Positions 1 through 12,307 of a DNA stretch of 63,813 bases are shown piece by piece. This stretch comes from Spirogloea muscicola. Lineage: Eukaryota. The stretch covers positions 47,467-111,279 of the forward strand of contig WELB01000014.1 in the NCBI GenBank assembly GCA_009602725.1, read 5' to 3'. Both the position numbers and the translations under genes were made by a program. A model generated the notes under the pieces. It was not told the origin of the DNA. It worked only from the letters and a program-made list of their open reading frames with translations, and searched no databases. The first letter of the stretch is position 1. Each line of letters starts with the position of its first letter.

Positions 1-311
1 CTGTTGAGCTGGGCTATTCGTTAGTGCCGTATTAGGACTAACTGAATGCCCAGGACCCAGAGTCTCACCATCACTCGGTTGGGGCTCAGGCCGTGAAGAA
101 GCTTGAGGCTCAGGCGATGAGGACGCGGTGCTCTTGAATGGAGCGCCGCGCTCCTTCCTCGCCTTCTTGCCCACGGCAAAGACAGCCTTCTTGCCCATGG
201 CGGTGATGGCGGCAGGGTCCGGCAGGAAGCAGGCCGGCAGCAGCTCAAGGCAGGTGGCGTGGGCGCTGGCAAGCAAGGAGGAGCGGTGGGCAAAAGGAGG
301 ACGGTGGCTCC

Positions 312-677
312 TGTTAGAGTGAGCAAGCTTGAGCTCACTCGACCCCCTTTTGCCTACATAGAAAGAATGCAGAATCACATGGGCACACTGGGTCCCGGCG
401 GGTCTGCCCACCGGGGGCCCAAGGAGGGCCGGCTGCAGAGCCGGCCCGAGGTGTCCGTTAAGCTAGTCGGGCAGGGGCCTGCTGCAGAGCTGGCCCTAGG
501 TGTCCGTTAAGCTGATGTGTCCACAGGTGTGAGGCACATACTCTCACGTGTGATCTGTCTACGTGTCACCCTGATGATGCGGGCAAGCCACCTCTGGAAG
601 CGACAGGTGCTTCCCTAAGTGGGACACTTAAAATAGTATGGAGAATAACGAAAGGAGCTAATGCCTATATTCTAACA
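312..677. mobile_element. Possible solo-LTR-like element
   Basis: Begins TGTTAGA (312-318) and ends TCTAACA (671-677), a 7-bp TG..CA terminal inverted repeat. Contains two 39-bp hairpin-forming direct repeats (426-464, 475-513). No matching TSD, PBS or PPT seen. Confidence 0.3.
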
Positions 678-3005
678 GACAGCACTGTCAGAGTAAGGAA
701 GCCACGCTTCCTTACGAGTCAACGAGTCAAATTGTGGTGCTGCCTCCACTGGTAGGGTGGAGAAGGACAACAATACCAGCACAGATTCCTATTCTTCAGT
801 GTACCAGGACATACTAGTAATCGTCAGTCTACTTTCTTCATCTTTGTTACATCAGATCAAGGAATGACGATGTCCAGGTTGACCCTGCTATGGTGGAGAA
901 CTAACTTAGCTGTGCAGCTTTTGACTGAGGACATCATGGACAAGAGGGAGCTGGAACGCACGCTGAGGGGAGGGCAGGTAATTCAGCGACCATGCATATA
1001 ACCAAGCCAGACGCAGCGGTGACCAGCTCTACTCTGCAGGAGCTTGAGGTGAAAAGGATACATGTGCTGATATAAGCTGATTGCAGGGACATACAATGAC
1101 CATACTTCCGAATGTGTGGTCATGCTCACAGGCACCAGCAAGTACCAAGGATCCAGCCTTTGAAAACGCAAGAGAGTGACAGGTCATTATCCGGGGGGGT
1201 GTAAATTTCTTACACTTGATTCAAAAGAAGTTTGCCTAACGGGGCAGGCATCTCATGCACACCTAATCTTGTGGATGCGTTCTTCACTTTCCTTATTGGC
1301 AGCCAACTTACGTAGAAACATTGGGAAGGAAAACAATGTACCAGCCACAAAGAATGTTGGACAACAAACCCGAGCACATTGAAACTTTTGTGACTGAGGT
1401 TGAGCACTACTAGTAATGAGCCATTTAGGCAGATTGACCATGTCAGTGACACGTCATTGGACCATTGGGCTTGATTCCAACGCAGAAGAGGTAAGATAAT
1501 CGACAAAGCTGTTGAGAAGTACACTCACTGACATGGCATTCTCCGCAGGCAAGTAGGGCATTGGGCGTCGCTCAAGGACTTCCTTTTTGCAAAAGGGTTC
1601 AAGATTGTACTCCGAGTTGGTCCCAGAAGGCATTGTGGTGCTCCTGGACAAAGAAACAGCTTCTCCAAAGTATGGTGATGATGTGGGAAGCCATCCCAAA
1701 AATGGAATCAACAAGGTCAAAGGGCCTGAAGGCCTTTCCCATGGCCTCAGAAGTCTTCAAGCCTCATCTTCCTTGCACGCTTCATCTTCTATATACCTGC
1801 TTATTCAGCTTGATATTCCGCTGAAGCAATTTCTCCTTCCTTCGTAGTCAACCTGGCTCTGACTGCCACATACTTCTCATCATCTCCCATGAGAGATTCC
1901 AGCCATGCAGGCGTTGCTTCCTCAGTCCCAGCAACTCCTGAGAGCTTTTCAGAGAATTCTTCAACGCTGTTCACAAGTTTAAAATGCCTTGCAATTTTCA
2001 CGGCATTTTTTTTATGGAGGCACAAGACCTGAACGTAGAGGCTGAATTTCATTGGAAGTTCAATCTCCTCAGCGTCCACCGCTAGTGCACGCATGTTATA
2101 TTGAAGTTTACGTATGCGTTCCATGGCAGAACTGAATTGTTCTTTGCTCAAAGTCTTTGCCCACGCGGGCAATGCCTTTTCCCACCATGTTGGTGGTAGT
2201 CCTCCGCGGAGCCAGTAAGTGAGCCAATAAGCGTCAGGATCCATACCTGCACAAGTTACACCTCAACTTCGGCAGTAAGTAGGAGACACGCGAAGTGTAC
2301 ACCCTATTCGATTGAATGACAGAAACGGAGCCTCAGACACAGAGAAGTGTCCCTCCGGAGAGAGTCGGGCACAAGTATTTTGAGTAGGTTTGTCCAGGTC
2401 AAGGCCCAACGATGACTCAACCAACGGGCAAGAGACTTGATGAAGGTTTCAGTAAGCAAAGGGCAAGGTCCAGGGACACGGTGGCCTAATCACAACTTGA
2501 ATCTCTGTCAGTGCTAGTCACAAGAAGCAAGCAACAAAACGTCGCAGGCCAGCAAAGAAATGCTGACGATGTATGTGACAGCCTCTGAGCAGCTCGAGCT
2601 AATGCCAGATTTAAAGATTGACACACTCGGTCATGATCATCGTTGCTTACTGATGTCTCCTGATCTTCCACGACCGGCTGCGGTGCTCCTCGGGCTCCCC
2701 AGCTGCGGCGCTGACTTAGCTCGGCGGCCACGCCTTCATGGCGCCGCACAGGACGAGCGATTGATGCCTGTTCATGAGGCTTAGGGCTGTGGCTGCGGCG
2801 GCGGTGACGCCAGGGCAGCTAGAGCGAGAGCCCTGGACGCAAGTCAGATAAGGTGGCAGCAGGGAAAGCAGCAGTGGCGGGAAAGTTTCAAGCCTTTCTA
2901 CATTCCTTGGGGCTTTAAAAGCCCATTGCCTTCTGGGAAAGAGCAGTTTCTTTCAGGTACGAAAGGAGACGCCCGTTCTCTTTTCTTTTTTTTCCTCTTT
3001 TTTCC

Positions 3006-5192
3006 ACTCTCCTCGCCGTCCCCCTAGGCGCTCCTGCCTTCGTGACGGAGCAGCTGCAGGTGCGGCTGCAGGAGCACGTCCGGCCGGCGGACCGCCTCCA
3101 CACGGTGCAAGACATGTAGCTGGCGACCGCTATGCTAACACGTTGCATCGCGCAGCGGCCACACTACCTGGCCCGCACCGACCCTCCCTCACCGGCGGTG
3201 AAGGCCGCGTACGCGGCCTTCGACTCCGGCATCTTGGCGTCCGCGGCCACCCTCGTGCAGCACCTCGCGGTCCTCACCACACCAGCTGCGCAGCTGCAGG
3301 CCAGCCTGCCGACCAGTCGTGGCGGCTTAGGATGCCGCTCAGTTGCCCGCGTCTGTGAGGCGGCCTTCATGGGAAGCTGGGCTCAGGTTGCAGCCCCCAT
3401 GTGTCAGAGGTTCCTCGTGCACGGCCAGCGCGCCCTGGAGCGGGCGGCAGCTGAAGTGGAGATTGGCCAGTTGCCCTTCCATGTTGCCCTCCGCTCTGCC
3501 CGCGACGGGCTCCTGGCGGTCCACCCCAACATGTCGGAGCAGATCGTCCCATTCACCCACCTCGCCCACACCCCTGACCTGCGTGCCCAGGCACGCCTCA
3601 CGGCGCTGGTGGACAAAGCGGCCTCTGACCAGGTAGTGGAGCTTCTCCCTCCGTCTGACCTTCGCCGGCTCCTCTCAGCTTCTTCCCCCGCGGGCGGCGG
3701 CGTGGGTTTCGGCGCTCCCACTATACGCGGCGCTCACCATGCCGGATGAAGTCTTCAGGACGGCGGTCCACCTACTCTTGGGCCTCGTCCCTCCCTGCCT
3801 CGTGGGCGTCACTCAGTGCGAGTGCGGTGCCCGTCACGCCGACCCTGCGGAGCTGGCTGCGCATATGCTCCGTTGCGCGCAGGGGGGCAAGCGGACCGCT
3901 TCCCTCGATCTCCTGCGAGATGGTATGCAGGGGGTTCTCACCAGCCCCTATCCTCGATGGGCGAGCACTTTCTCCTTTTATGGAGGCGGGCTTCAAGGTC
4001 GCCCTGGAGAACTCCTCAGTGATGCCCATCCAGCTGGGCGCGGACGGCCGGCCCCATACACGGCGCGCCGACCTGGTTGCCATCCCGCCCGGCGGTGGTC
4101 CCTGCATCATCGCCGCTGTGGTGACAACTGACTGCTTCGACTCCGCCACTCCCACCAGATCGGCGTCGTTTGCAGGGCACGCGATCGGCCAGGCGGCCCT
4201 CGGGCTTCCGCTTCCGCTTCCGCTTCCACACACATTGCTGGCGACGCAGTGGGAGGTGCTGAGCAGAGAAAGCTCCGACACTACTCTGACTACCCCCGCA
4301 GCGACCACCTTCTCCCGGCCACAATCGACACTTTCGGCTGCTTGGGTCCTCGCTTCCATACCCTACTTGAGAACATAGCGAGTCTGGGATATGCACAACG
4401 CGAGGATATGCTTCCAGCCCAGATGGGTATGCCGGCTGCCTACCTGTCGTTTTTGCGACGTCGAGTGTCTGCAGCGAGCTCAGGCTCATGCGTTGCATCA
4501 GAAAGCTGGTCGAGCCTTGGCTGGTAGTTCGAGAACTTGTCGATTGCCATCCGGAATTCGAGCATCAGTTAGCGACCTCTGTGTGCTGACTCGTGGTTAC
4601 TGAGCGGGTCGGCTTAGCAGCAGGTGACGTGCATTTGTCAATGTGCTTGCCTTTGTACTTGGCCACACATGGCCTCCCCATCTCTTAGTACACGTTCCCT
4701 TAGGAAGGAGCGAAAGTACGCCGACCACCCAGTTGGTGATGCATTTGCGGCCCTGGCGATTGATGTGCACGGGGCCTTTGGCAGCCGCTGGCTGGATCTC
4801 CTCCAGCCGCTTGCCCGTCAGGCCATTGATCGTCGGCCTGGTCTGCCAGGAGCGCTGCCCGGTTTCAACGCCGCCGATTCATCAGCACAAGTCTTCCGCA
4901 CGCGCCTGGCGGTATCGTTTCAACGCTCCCTTGCTCACGCCGTCCACACGCGAGCAGGCCGTGCTATGGCCGCCGCCTCTGGGTCTCGGCGGAGTGCCTC
5001 GTTCCCTGCAGCCAGCTATCCCGACCTGATGTTGCTCACTCGCGGGTACTGAGCTTCCTTTGCATCGTAGTGTGCTTTTTGCTGTGGTCTGTAGTGTAGT
5101 CCCATTTCGGCACCTCTTTCTTTCGCTTTGGATATTGTCCATTCTTTTTGGGCTGGCTTTGCCAGCCCCTCTTCTCAATGGGCGAGCACTTT
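3006..5192 (+). mobile_element. 5'-truncated, decayed CRE-clade non-LTR retrotransposon (subfamily A): RT thumb region, zinc knuckle, restriction-like endonuclease, 3' UTR and terminal stem-loop
   Basis: Frameshifted ORF pieces TLLAVPLGAPAFV, LPTSRGGLG, PDEVFRTAVHLLLG, CECG..HMLRC, RRADLV..IIAAV and KERKY..FAALAIDVHGAFG, ending LLTRGY* (5052). Stem-loop at 5150-5192. Homologous to the RT copy at 34075-35740. Interrupted by inserts at 3941-3980 and 4204-4697. Confidence 0.88.
4204..4697 (+). mobile_element. CRE subfamily B 3' fragment nested inside the subfamily A copy
   Basis: Encodes GGAEQRKLRHYSDYPRSDHLLPATIDTFG...LTRGY* (4603) plus the B-type 3' UTR. The A reading (GQAAL|RKERKY) resumes immediately afterwards. 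(CTTCCG)n stutter at the 5' junction. Confidence 0.8.
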
Positions 5193-7355
5193 AGGCGGCA
5201 GCCATGCACGGCCAGCACGAAGATGCAGGGACATGCCAGGGCACGCCGCAGGGAAGTGGAAAGCCGTGTTAGATACACGTCTGCCGTTCGGGTATCAGTT
5301 AGCGACTTCCAAGTGCTGACTCGTGGTTACTGAGCGGGTCAATTTAAAGAAAATGATTTACATTTGTTGAATAGTAGCATGTCTTTGGGTCGTCTGGGCC
5401 CAATTGATCCAGAAGAAATAGCTCCAAATTGAGAGCTAGGCTATGGTTGATCGCCCTCCCGCCAATGGCCAGTATGGCCTTAGACAGTCAAAAACCGTCA
5501 CTCCCTACCATGTTCACCACTGCTCTGACGGCCTGACGGTATCCACAATCAGTTTCTCGTCTTTCTTTCTCTTTGTTGCTCCCTTTGCATGATTAATGTG
5601 TTGGCTCGTTGTGCGCCTAATGAGCACTGCACGCCCTAAAGACCTCTCTTTGTGCACACATTGGACGACCTATAAGATGGCCGGATTGGCAGGGGCAACT
5701 CCTCCTCGTGGTGAGCAGCCCTTTTGAGCAAGCACATTTTTGCTTTTTGGGCCTCTGGATCACTGCTTGTGCTCTTCTCGAGCTAGGAGTTGCTAGAGCA
5801 CCCATGCCTTCTGGGATATGGCATGCAGGGCATAATCCTTGACTGCGCCCGGTCCTTTGCTTGAAACTTCCTTCAAACCAGACGATAGTTGATGCGCCCT
5901 CAGATATCCATGACAGCAGCCACCTCAGCAACCTTGCCAGATCTCGGCACAAATAAGCCACCAACGAGATGTGGCACGACAGGAAAAAAAGCACAGCTCT
6001 TTCCATTGAAAGGATATGGCTGTGAGAAGCGAGCCCAAATGAATGAAGGTCAGAAAGGGCCGGACGACAGAGCCCAGAGGGCTTGAGAGGCTCTTGAGCG
6101 AGGATGAGGGCCTCCCCATACTCGGACTCAATCTCTCAATCTTGTTGCTGTTTGAAAGCCTCCGCCCCCCTTGCATGGCCTTCCCAGCTTCTCTTGCGTC
6201 GCTGCGAGCTTGCGCTTGTTAATCTGCTGGTCCTAACACGGTGGGCTCACGATTCACTCCGAGCCTTAAGATCTCCTGTCTCGCTCTGCACCTCTTGCAC
6301 ATCACAACACACGATAACACCTGCCAAGGGGGCCCTGGTCACTGGCCAGCCCAAAAGAGAGTCAGATCAGTGACGCACTTGCCAGACTGCCTAGAAGACC
6401 CCATCCCCTCAGGCGGCTGGTTGGGCTGGTTGATACGGCCCCGGGTCTCAGCCTTTGAAAGAGCGTCATTGGGCTGGCCGTTCCCAGCCCCTATCCTCAC
6501 TTCTTTCATTACACCGCGGCTTGCCCTTGTTACAAGGTGGCCATTGAACTTCCTGAATCCATGAAAACGCCAGCAGGAGCATTGACAGTAGATGACCGGC
6601 ACATCTCTCGGGCTGTTTGGCTCAACACCTACTTCTGCCAGGCTTATTGCCACAGGCAGTATTCTGACGCCCGCTGAGCAATGCTGGGGTGCTGGTCTCT
6701 GTCTGTCACTGTCCGTGGGACTTACGAGGCCAGGGGGTGAGGGGGTGAGAAGGAAATGCATGGCGCATGCAACATAAGCGTTGCCCAGGAGTCGCACCAC
6801 CAGGGTCTCATATGTCACCCTCAACTGTGCCTTGCTATTGACAAGGTCGCTTGCCAACAAGGCACCCCACTATGTAGCCCTGCTCAAGCTTGCGGCCAAT
6901 AGGACAAAGCCCTTGTGATGCTGGGTAGTATGACCTCCTATCCCCTGATCAAATAGCAAGTCGGCATCTGATAGTAATCCATAGAGGCAACGAAGAACAA
7001 ACCTGACAAAGAAGCAGCTCAATAGATGCTGTTTGCCTGTGCGCACGTTGTGCAGCAGGCTGCATAAGTACTTTCCCAGCCTGCTGCAACAGTGTCCCGG
7101 TGAAAAGCTTTACAGCTGATACAGTGGGCAAACAAGGCACGGCCTAATATAGGACATAGTCATACCAGAGCAGAGTTGCAATAATGGCGAGGGCAGACAA
7201 TGGCGACTGAGCTAGGAGGGCCCACAGAAGTTTCCTGATTTACATTCATGATGGGTGTTGAACTTGCTGCTCATGTCCATTGCAGAGAGTCTCTAGTGTA
7301 GCTGGCTGAGCAGCAGCACTTGCACACATGGGCTTGCATGTGGCCCTCCTGCCTC

Positions 7356-9480
7356 TCACTGGAGCCGCCGGCGCTTCTTTGTCAGCTCACTAAAAAAGTT
7401 GTGGATGTCTGAGCCCTGCACAACGCGCCCATCCTCACAGAATGGCGCCTGCAATTGTCACAGATCCAAAGACAGGCTCTTAGAGGCTGTGACTTTGGTC
7501 TCATCACCTGAGCGGCAGGTAGCAGCCGATAGCTGCGCTGAGCATATGGTGTCGGTTTTGGCAACCCACCAGGAAGCTCTTGAGATTTGCAGCCATATCC
7601 TGCATGCCGCGGGCAAGCTCAATCTGCTGCACATGAGGCAGCTTCTTGATGAAGGCATCCTGTGCGGTTGCGAGGCGACGCCGTCGTGTCTCTGCAGTAG
7701 CTCTGGACGCCTCCTCATAGTGCTGTAGAGTATCTGTGTCATCCAGCAGGAAAGTCACGCTGCGGTCTTCATACATCCTGCAAGCGCAGCAGAGCAGTTG
7801 CAGCCGGCACAAAGATAGTCAGGAGATGCCCACGCAACATCTCTGTCAATCAAGTGCAAGATTCGTGTGCAGCAAGCCAGCCATAGTTGACCTTGTCGAC
7901 GGGCCGGCAGACAGCAGGCTGTGGAGGGCGAGTCACCTGCTGCAGGCCTTGCACTTGCACAGCCGCGAGCGCCAACCGGCGGCCAGGAAGAGGGCGCGGC
8001 TGGGTGCCGGACTCGCCGACAGCCGCTTCTGGCAGAGCTCAGCAGAGGCCGAGACTAGACTTGAAGGTGGTGCCGCGTCCTGCAAGCTGGCATCCCCTGG
8101 GAGGGCCGCCGTGGCTCCGCCGGCCCCCGTGGCAAGACGGTGTGGGCAGCTCGGCTGCTTGCCAGGGTCTTCCACCAGCTTGCCTACGGACGGCAGCGCA
8201 GAATCAGCGCCGCCACAGCTTGAGCCACCTCTTGCTGGGTCCACGAGAACCGCCGCATAGCTCGCAAGGAAGCTGCAGCGTCCAGCAGCGCAGGCCTGAC
8301 AGACGAGCTCAGAGAAACGCTCGTTCCCATCCTCGTCCGTCGGGAGCTGTCAGCAGCACCAGACACAACAATCCTCAGCTTTGCTGCTGAATAGATGGCA
8401 GCCGGACAACTGTGGCCCTTGGAGGTGTTGTAGTGCTGCAGACATTGATATCCATCACTTCTACTGGCGCTGACCTCCTCGTCCGATGCAAGGCCTAGGT
8501 GCTCCTCGTGGAACCAGTCCTCGCAGCAGCAGCATTGGATCATGTGCTCGGGCGGCGAGCCTGCCGGCCGCGCAGGGTCCGGATACGGCCGCGAGCACGT
8601 GCAGTAGACGGCGCGGTAGTTCTGGTTGTACGAGTTTGCGCTGTTGAGCGGCTCCTTGGCCGGCTGCAGCGTACAGGGCGCGCTGGCGCCGAACTTGACG
8701 TTGCCGCAGTCGCACCGGAAGCGCCGCCGCGTCCACAGCTCCACGACCTGCGCCGGCTTGACTGTGAGCAACGTCCGGTTGTTGAAGCACATAACATTGC
8801 GGCCCGTCGTTCCCTATCTTCGTCACAGGGCCGGACGGGGCTACAACAACCGTGACAAGCGAGGGGTCGGATTCGATCCTCTCTCTCTCAAGTCGAGGCG
8901 TAAGACTGCCGCGCAAAGCATGCACCCGGCTGTATTCAGCATGCACCTGGCTGGCTTTTACAGCCGCTCTTTCTGATGATAATATTCAGCAGCCGCATAT
9001 TCTTTCGCTCTGAGTGGAGGGCGTTGCCGCGTCCCGGACCTCGTGCTGGTCGTGGCAGGCGAGCGAGCAGGCGGTGCAGAAGCCGGCGGGGTGGGCGCCG
9101 CCGCCGGGCGGCGTGCAGGTGAGGCAGGCAAAGACGGCCTGGCGCGCCACGTACCCCTGCTCGTACGTGCACCGCTCGCAGTCCCCGCCCCCCAGCACCG
9201 CGTCCGCCTCCTGCCTCCCACTCTTGAGGTCAGTGATCGACTCTCAGTCTCACCGAAAACCATGTCTAAGACAAGCCTCGCCAACTCCATATTCCAAGTC
9301 CTGCGTTCGCCCCGGCGCGGCAGGGCAGCGCCGCCGCCGCCGTCGCCGCCGCCGCCGCCGCTGTAGGCGACTCGGGCGCTCACCTCCTCCTGCGCCTCCA
9401 GGGACTCGACATAGTCGCGCAGCGTCACGGCGTCCTCCTCCGCCGCCGCCGCCACCGCCGCCGCCGCCGCCTTCTCCCCG
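7356..9480 (-). CDS. UBR7: UBR7-like E3 ubiquitin ligase (UBR-box zinc finger + PHD finger), 6 coding exons; start codon not resolved
   Basis: GT-AG exons at about 9480-9384, 9210-9040, 8747-8475, 8346-7937, 7777-7570 and 7448-7356. They encode CTYEQGYVARQAVFACLTC..CTACSLACHDQHE, ELWTRRRFRCDCGN, YCTCSRPYPD..MIQCCCCEDWFHEEHL, LFLAAGWRSRLCKC and DIHNFFSELTKKRRRLQ*. Confidence 0.92.
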
Positions 9481-9600
9481 CACCGCAGCCGCCGCCGCCG
9501 CCGCCGCCGCCGCAGCCGGCGCCGCGAGGCTGGGGCGGGAAGGCGATGGTTCAAAAAACATGGGAAAAGGAAACGGAAGCAATGAGAGCGCGGTGCTGTG

Positions 9601-10540
9601 CTCGCCACTCACATGCTGAAATGCCCCACTGGACCAGAAGTGGTGGGCATTCACAACCTCCTTCGCGATGCCCTGGCGGGCTTGATGCGAAAAGCGCTGC
9701 CAGATTGACTGGTGGCTGGGAAAGGCCAGCCCAAAGGAATGGACAAGGTCTGAAGGAGCCGGAGTGCGAACGACTAGCACTAAGACATCAACCAGGGAAC
9801 GCTCAGTAACCTCTAGTCAGGAGATGCAACTCTGATGCGGTCGTGGAAGTCAACAATGTCATGCCTATCACCACGGCCGCCCAGGGACGTCATCGTCGCC
9901 GCACACTTGACATTGTGGGCGTGCAGCCTGGTGGAGGACCACGGGCCCTGGTCGACGTTATTGTTACGGAGGCATATCAAGGCCCAGCATCGACACACAT
10001 CGCTGGGCACGCAGTGGGCGGTGCAGAACAAAGAAAACTGCTGCACTACTCCGATTACCCCCAATGCGATCAGCTCCTGCCAGCTTGTCCATTCTTTTTG
10101 GGCTGGCTTTGCCAGCCCCTCTTTCTTTATGGGCGAGCCTTCTTCTATTAGCGGCAATCGACATCTTTGGCTGTCTGGGTCCTTGTTTCCACACTCTCAT
10201 TTAAAACATTGCCAGTCTAGGCTACACTCGACGTGCAGATGTGTTTCCGGCTGGGATGGGCTTGCCAGCTGCATACCTGTCGCTCTTGCGACGAAGAGTT
10301 TCGGCCTGTTTGCAGCGTGCTCAGGCTAGTGCCTTGCACCAGAAAGTTGGGCGAGCTCTAGTCGGTGGCAGAAGGGCTCCGTTTCTGGCATCTAGTATAC
10401 ATGCATCGATCAGTGACCTTTAAGTTATGACCCGTGGTTATTGAGCGGGTCAATCTGCTGTAGGTTATGTAGATCTTTAGATGTGCTTGCCTTTGTACTC
10501 GGCCATTTGGCCTACATTTGTTTCTAATACACGGAATTCT
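9601..10540 (+). mobile_element. CRE subfamily B 3' part (zinc knuckle, RLE, 3' UTR) with two nested tail insertions
   Basis: LATHMLKCPTGPEVVGIHNLLRDALAG, RTLDIVGVQP..ALVDV and GGAEQRKLLHYSDY, ending MTRGY* near 10443. An antisense subfamily D tail lies at about 9690-9829 (matches 36340-36480), and a micro-tail at 10085-10149. Confidence 0.85.
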
Positions 10541-11381
10541 CGCCTGCCACATCGGAGTCAACAAGAGAATGGGGCTCTTTTTCCAAAGAAAGTGATTTTG
10601 TCACGAGTAAATTGGGGCTACACCTATCAATTCTTATGCTAATGGGGGGCAAAAGGCACCAAAGCGGAAGCCGGCTGAAGGGATGATCAAGAAAAGCAGC
10701 TACAATTCAAGGAGCTCCTCCTATGAAGGGGGCGAGAGCTGCAAAGAAGGATGAGAGGAGTTTGTGCAATTGTCCCTAATGTGAGTACTGTGACCATATA
10801 CACATATGCTTTCCGTTGCAAAAGGAGGGGTATGTGTTGCACATGCTAAGAGAAGCTGATGCGGTGGCTGTGAAAGGCCAGCCCATATTGAGTTGCCCAA
10901 GTCTGAGGAAGAAAGGAGCGGAGATCCATAGCAAGCGCAAATTACCTCGCAAAAGCAAGTGGCTGCTTCGGATGGCCACTCAGTAGCCCCTACTCAACAG
11001 TAGCAAAGTCGGATGGACTGGCTGCAATGTCTGAAAGGCTCTGACTCTCTCCTGCAGGTGACGTTCCCGTTACCAAGCAAGGAGCTATGGATGTAGTCGT
11101 CTCTCAGGCAAGGCAAGTTCCGTGGCAAAACTTGGTGCATGCATCACCGGGAGGCAACTCTCTTCCACTCAGACATGACCCATATTATTGTGCTTTCACA
11201 TTGACTGAAATACTTGCTTAGTGTTGGTAAGTGAGAGAGGAGGGAGCTTCAGGGCTCGCTTTGAGATTAATGTATGTCCTATGTGACCTTGGCGTTTATG
11301 CCACTCCATGCGCAGCTCCAGTCTATTATGGATGCCGAGGCTGTGTAACGTCACGATAAGCCGATAAGCCTACGCCGCCTT

Positions 11382-12276
11382 TCACGAGGGCCTTGAAGTG
11401 TCCTTAGCGGGGGTGGCAGCGGACCCGGCCGCCAGGGCAGGCGCTCCAGCGTTCTCCAGAAGCCCTTTCTTTGGGCCGAGCAAAGCTCCGGCTGGGGTTG
11501 CGCCCCGGTGCCGGCTCTGGCTCTGCAGCAAATCCACATGACACTCTTCAGCAACATCTCCACTCGATCGTGGCATGCCTCTAGCTACATAGAGGAACAA
11601 TAAAGTAGCTGCAGTACTGTTGCATTCTCTGAGCTGCAATCACAGCACCAATACTGTAAGGGCCTGCTTAGATTCAAGTGTACAATGTGAGGTACACAGC
11701 ACAACCAACCTGAAGTTGCCGCTGGGCCATGGCCGCTCTCATAGTGGCAGCACTGTGGCTGGAGGCGGAGGGCGGCTTCAACGGCATGGAGCCCCCGGCT
11801 TCGGTGGGCGGCTGCTGCTGGCCGTTCATGATGGTGTGGGCGGCGGCGCCAGCCATGGTGGCATTGCCAGCAGCTGTCGACAGCACTGGAAGCGGCCTGG
11901 AGCTGCTGCCGCGCGTCAGGTTGTAGAGGCCCGGGGAGACCGGCGAAAGGGAGCTCTGCTTCCAAACAGGCGGCGAGGCAGCGGAGCTGCCGCCACTGAC
12001 AGTTGCGGCAACACCCGCGGCGGCGTTGGAGGTGGCAGCAGCCGCGGCTGCCGCCGCCGCTGCTGCATTGCTTGCCCAGCCCACCATTGATGTCCCCGCC
12101 GTTCCCTGTGCCGCCGTCGCTGCGACGCCATTGGAAGCACCGCCTCCGAACTGCGGCGCCGGCTGCATGGCGGCAGGTGGCGCAGTGGTTGCCTTGGCAC
12201 GCTGCTGCTGCTGCTGCTGGTGCATGGCAAGGTGCCGCACCTGCATTTGCTGCTGGAGCTTGCGCTGTTGCAGCAC

Positions 12277-12307
<31 letters not shown>

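Noticed and set aside
983..1441. Ulp1/C48 protease remnant (LLVPV..WSLYV)
   Set aside because: The catalytic His-Trp and Q-x-N-x-x-DCG motifs are not convincingly present.
5138..5192. Tail motif as an snRNA or spliced-leader RNA gene (ATTCTTTTTGG resembles an Sm site before a hairpin)
   Set aside because: No recognisable U-snRNA 5' domain or promoter, and the upstream sequence differs by TE subfamily. An Rfam scan would settle it.
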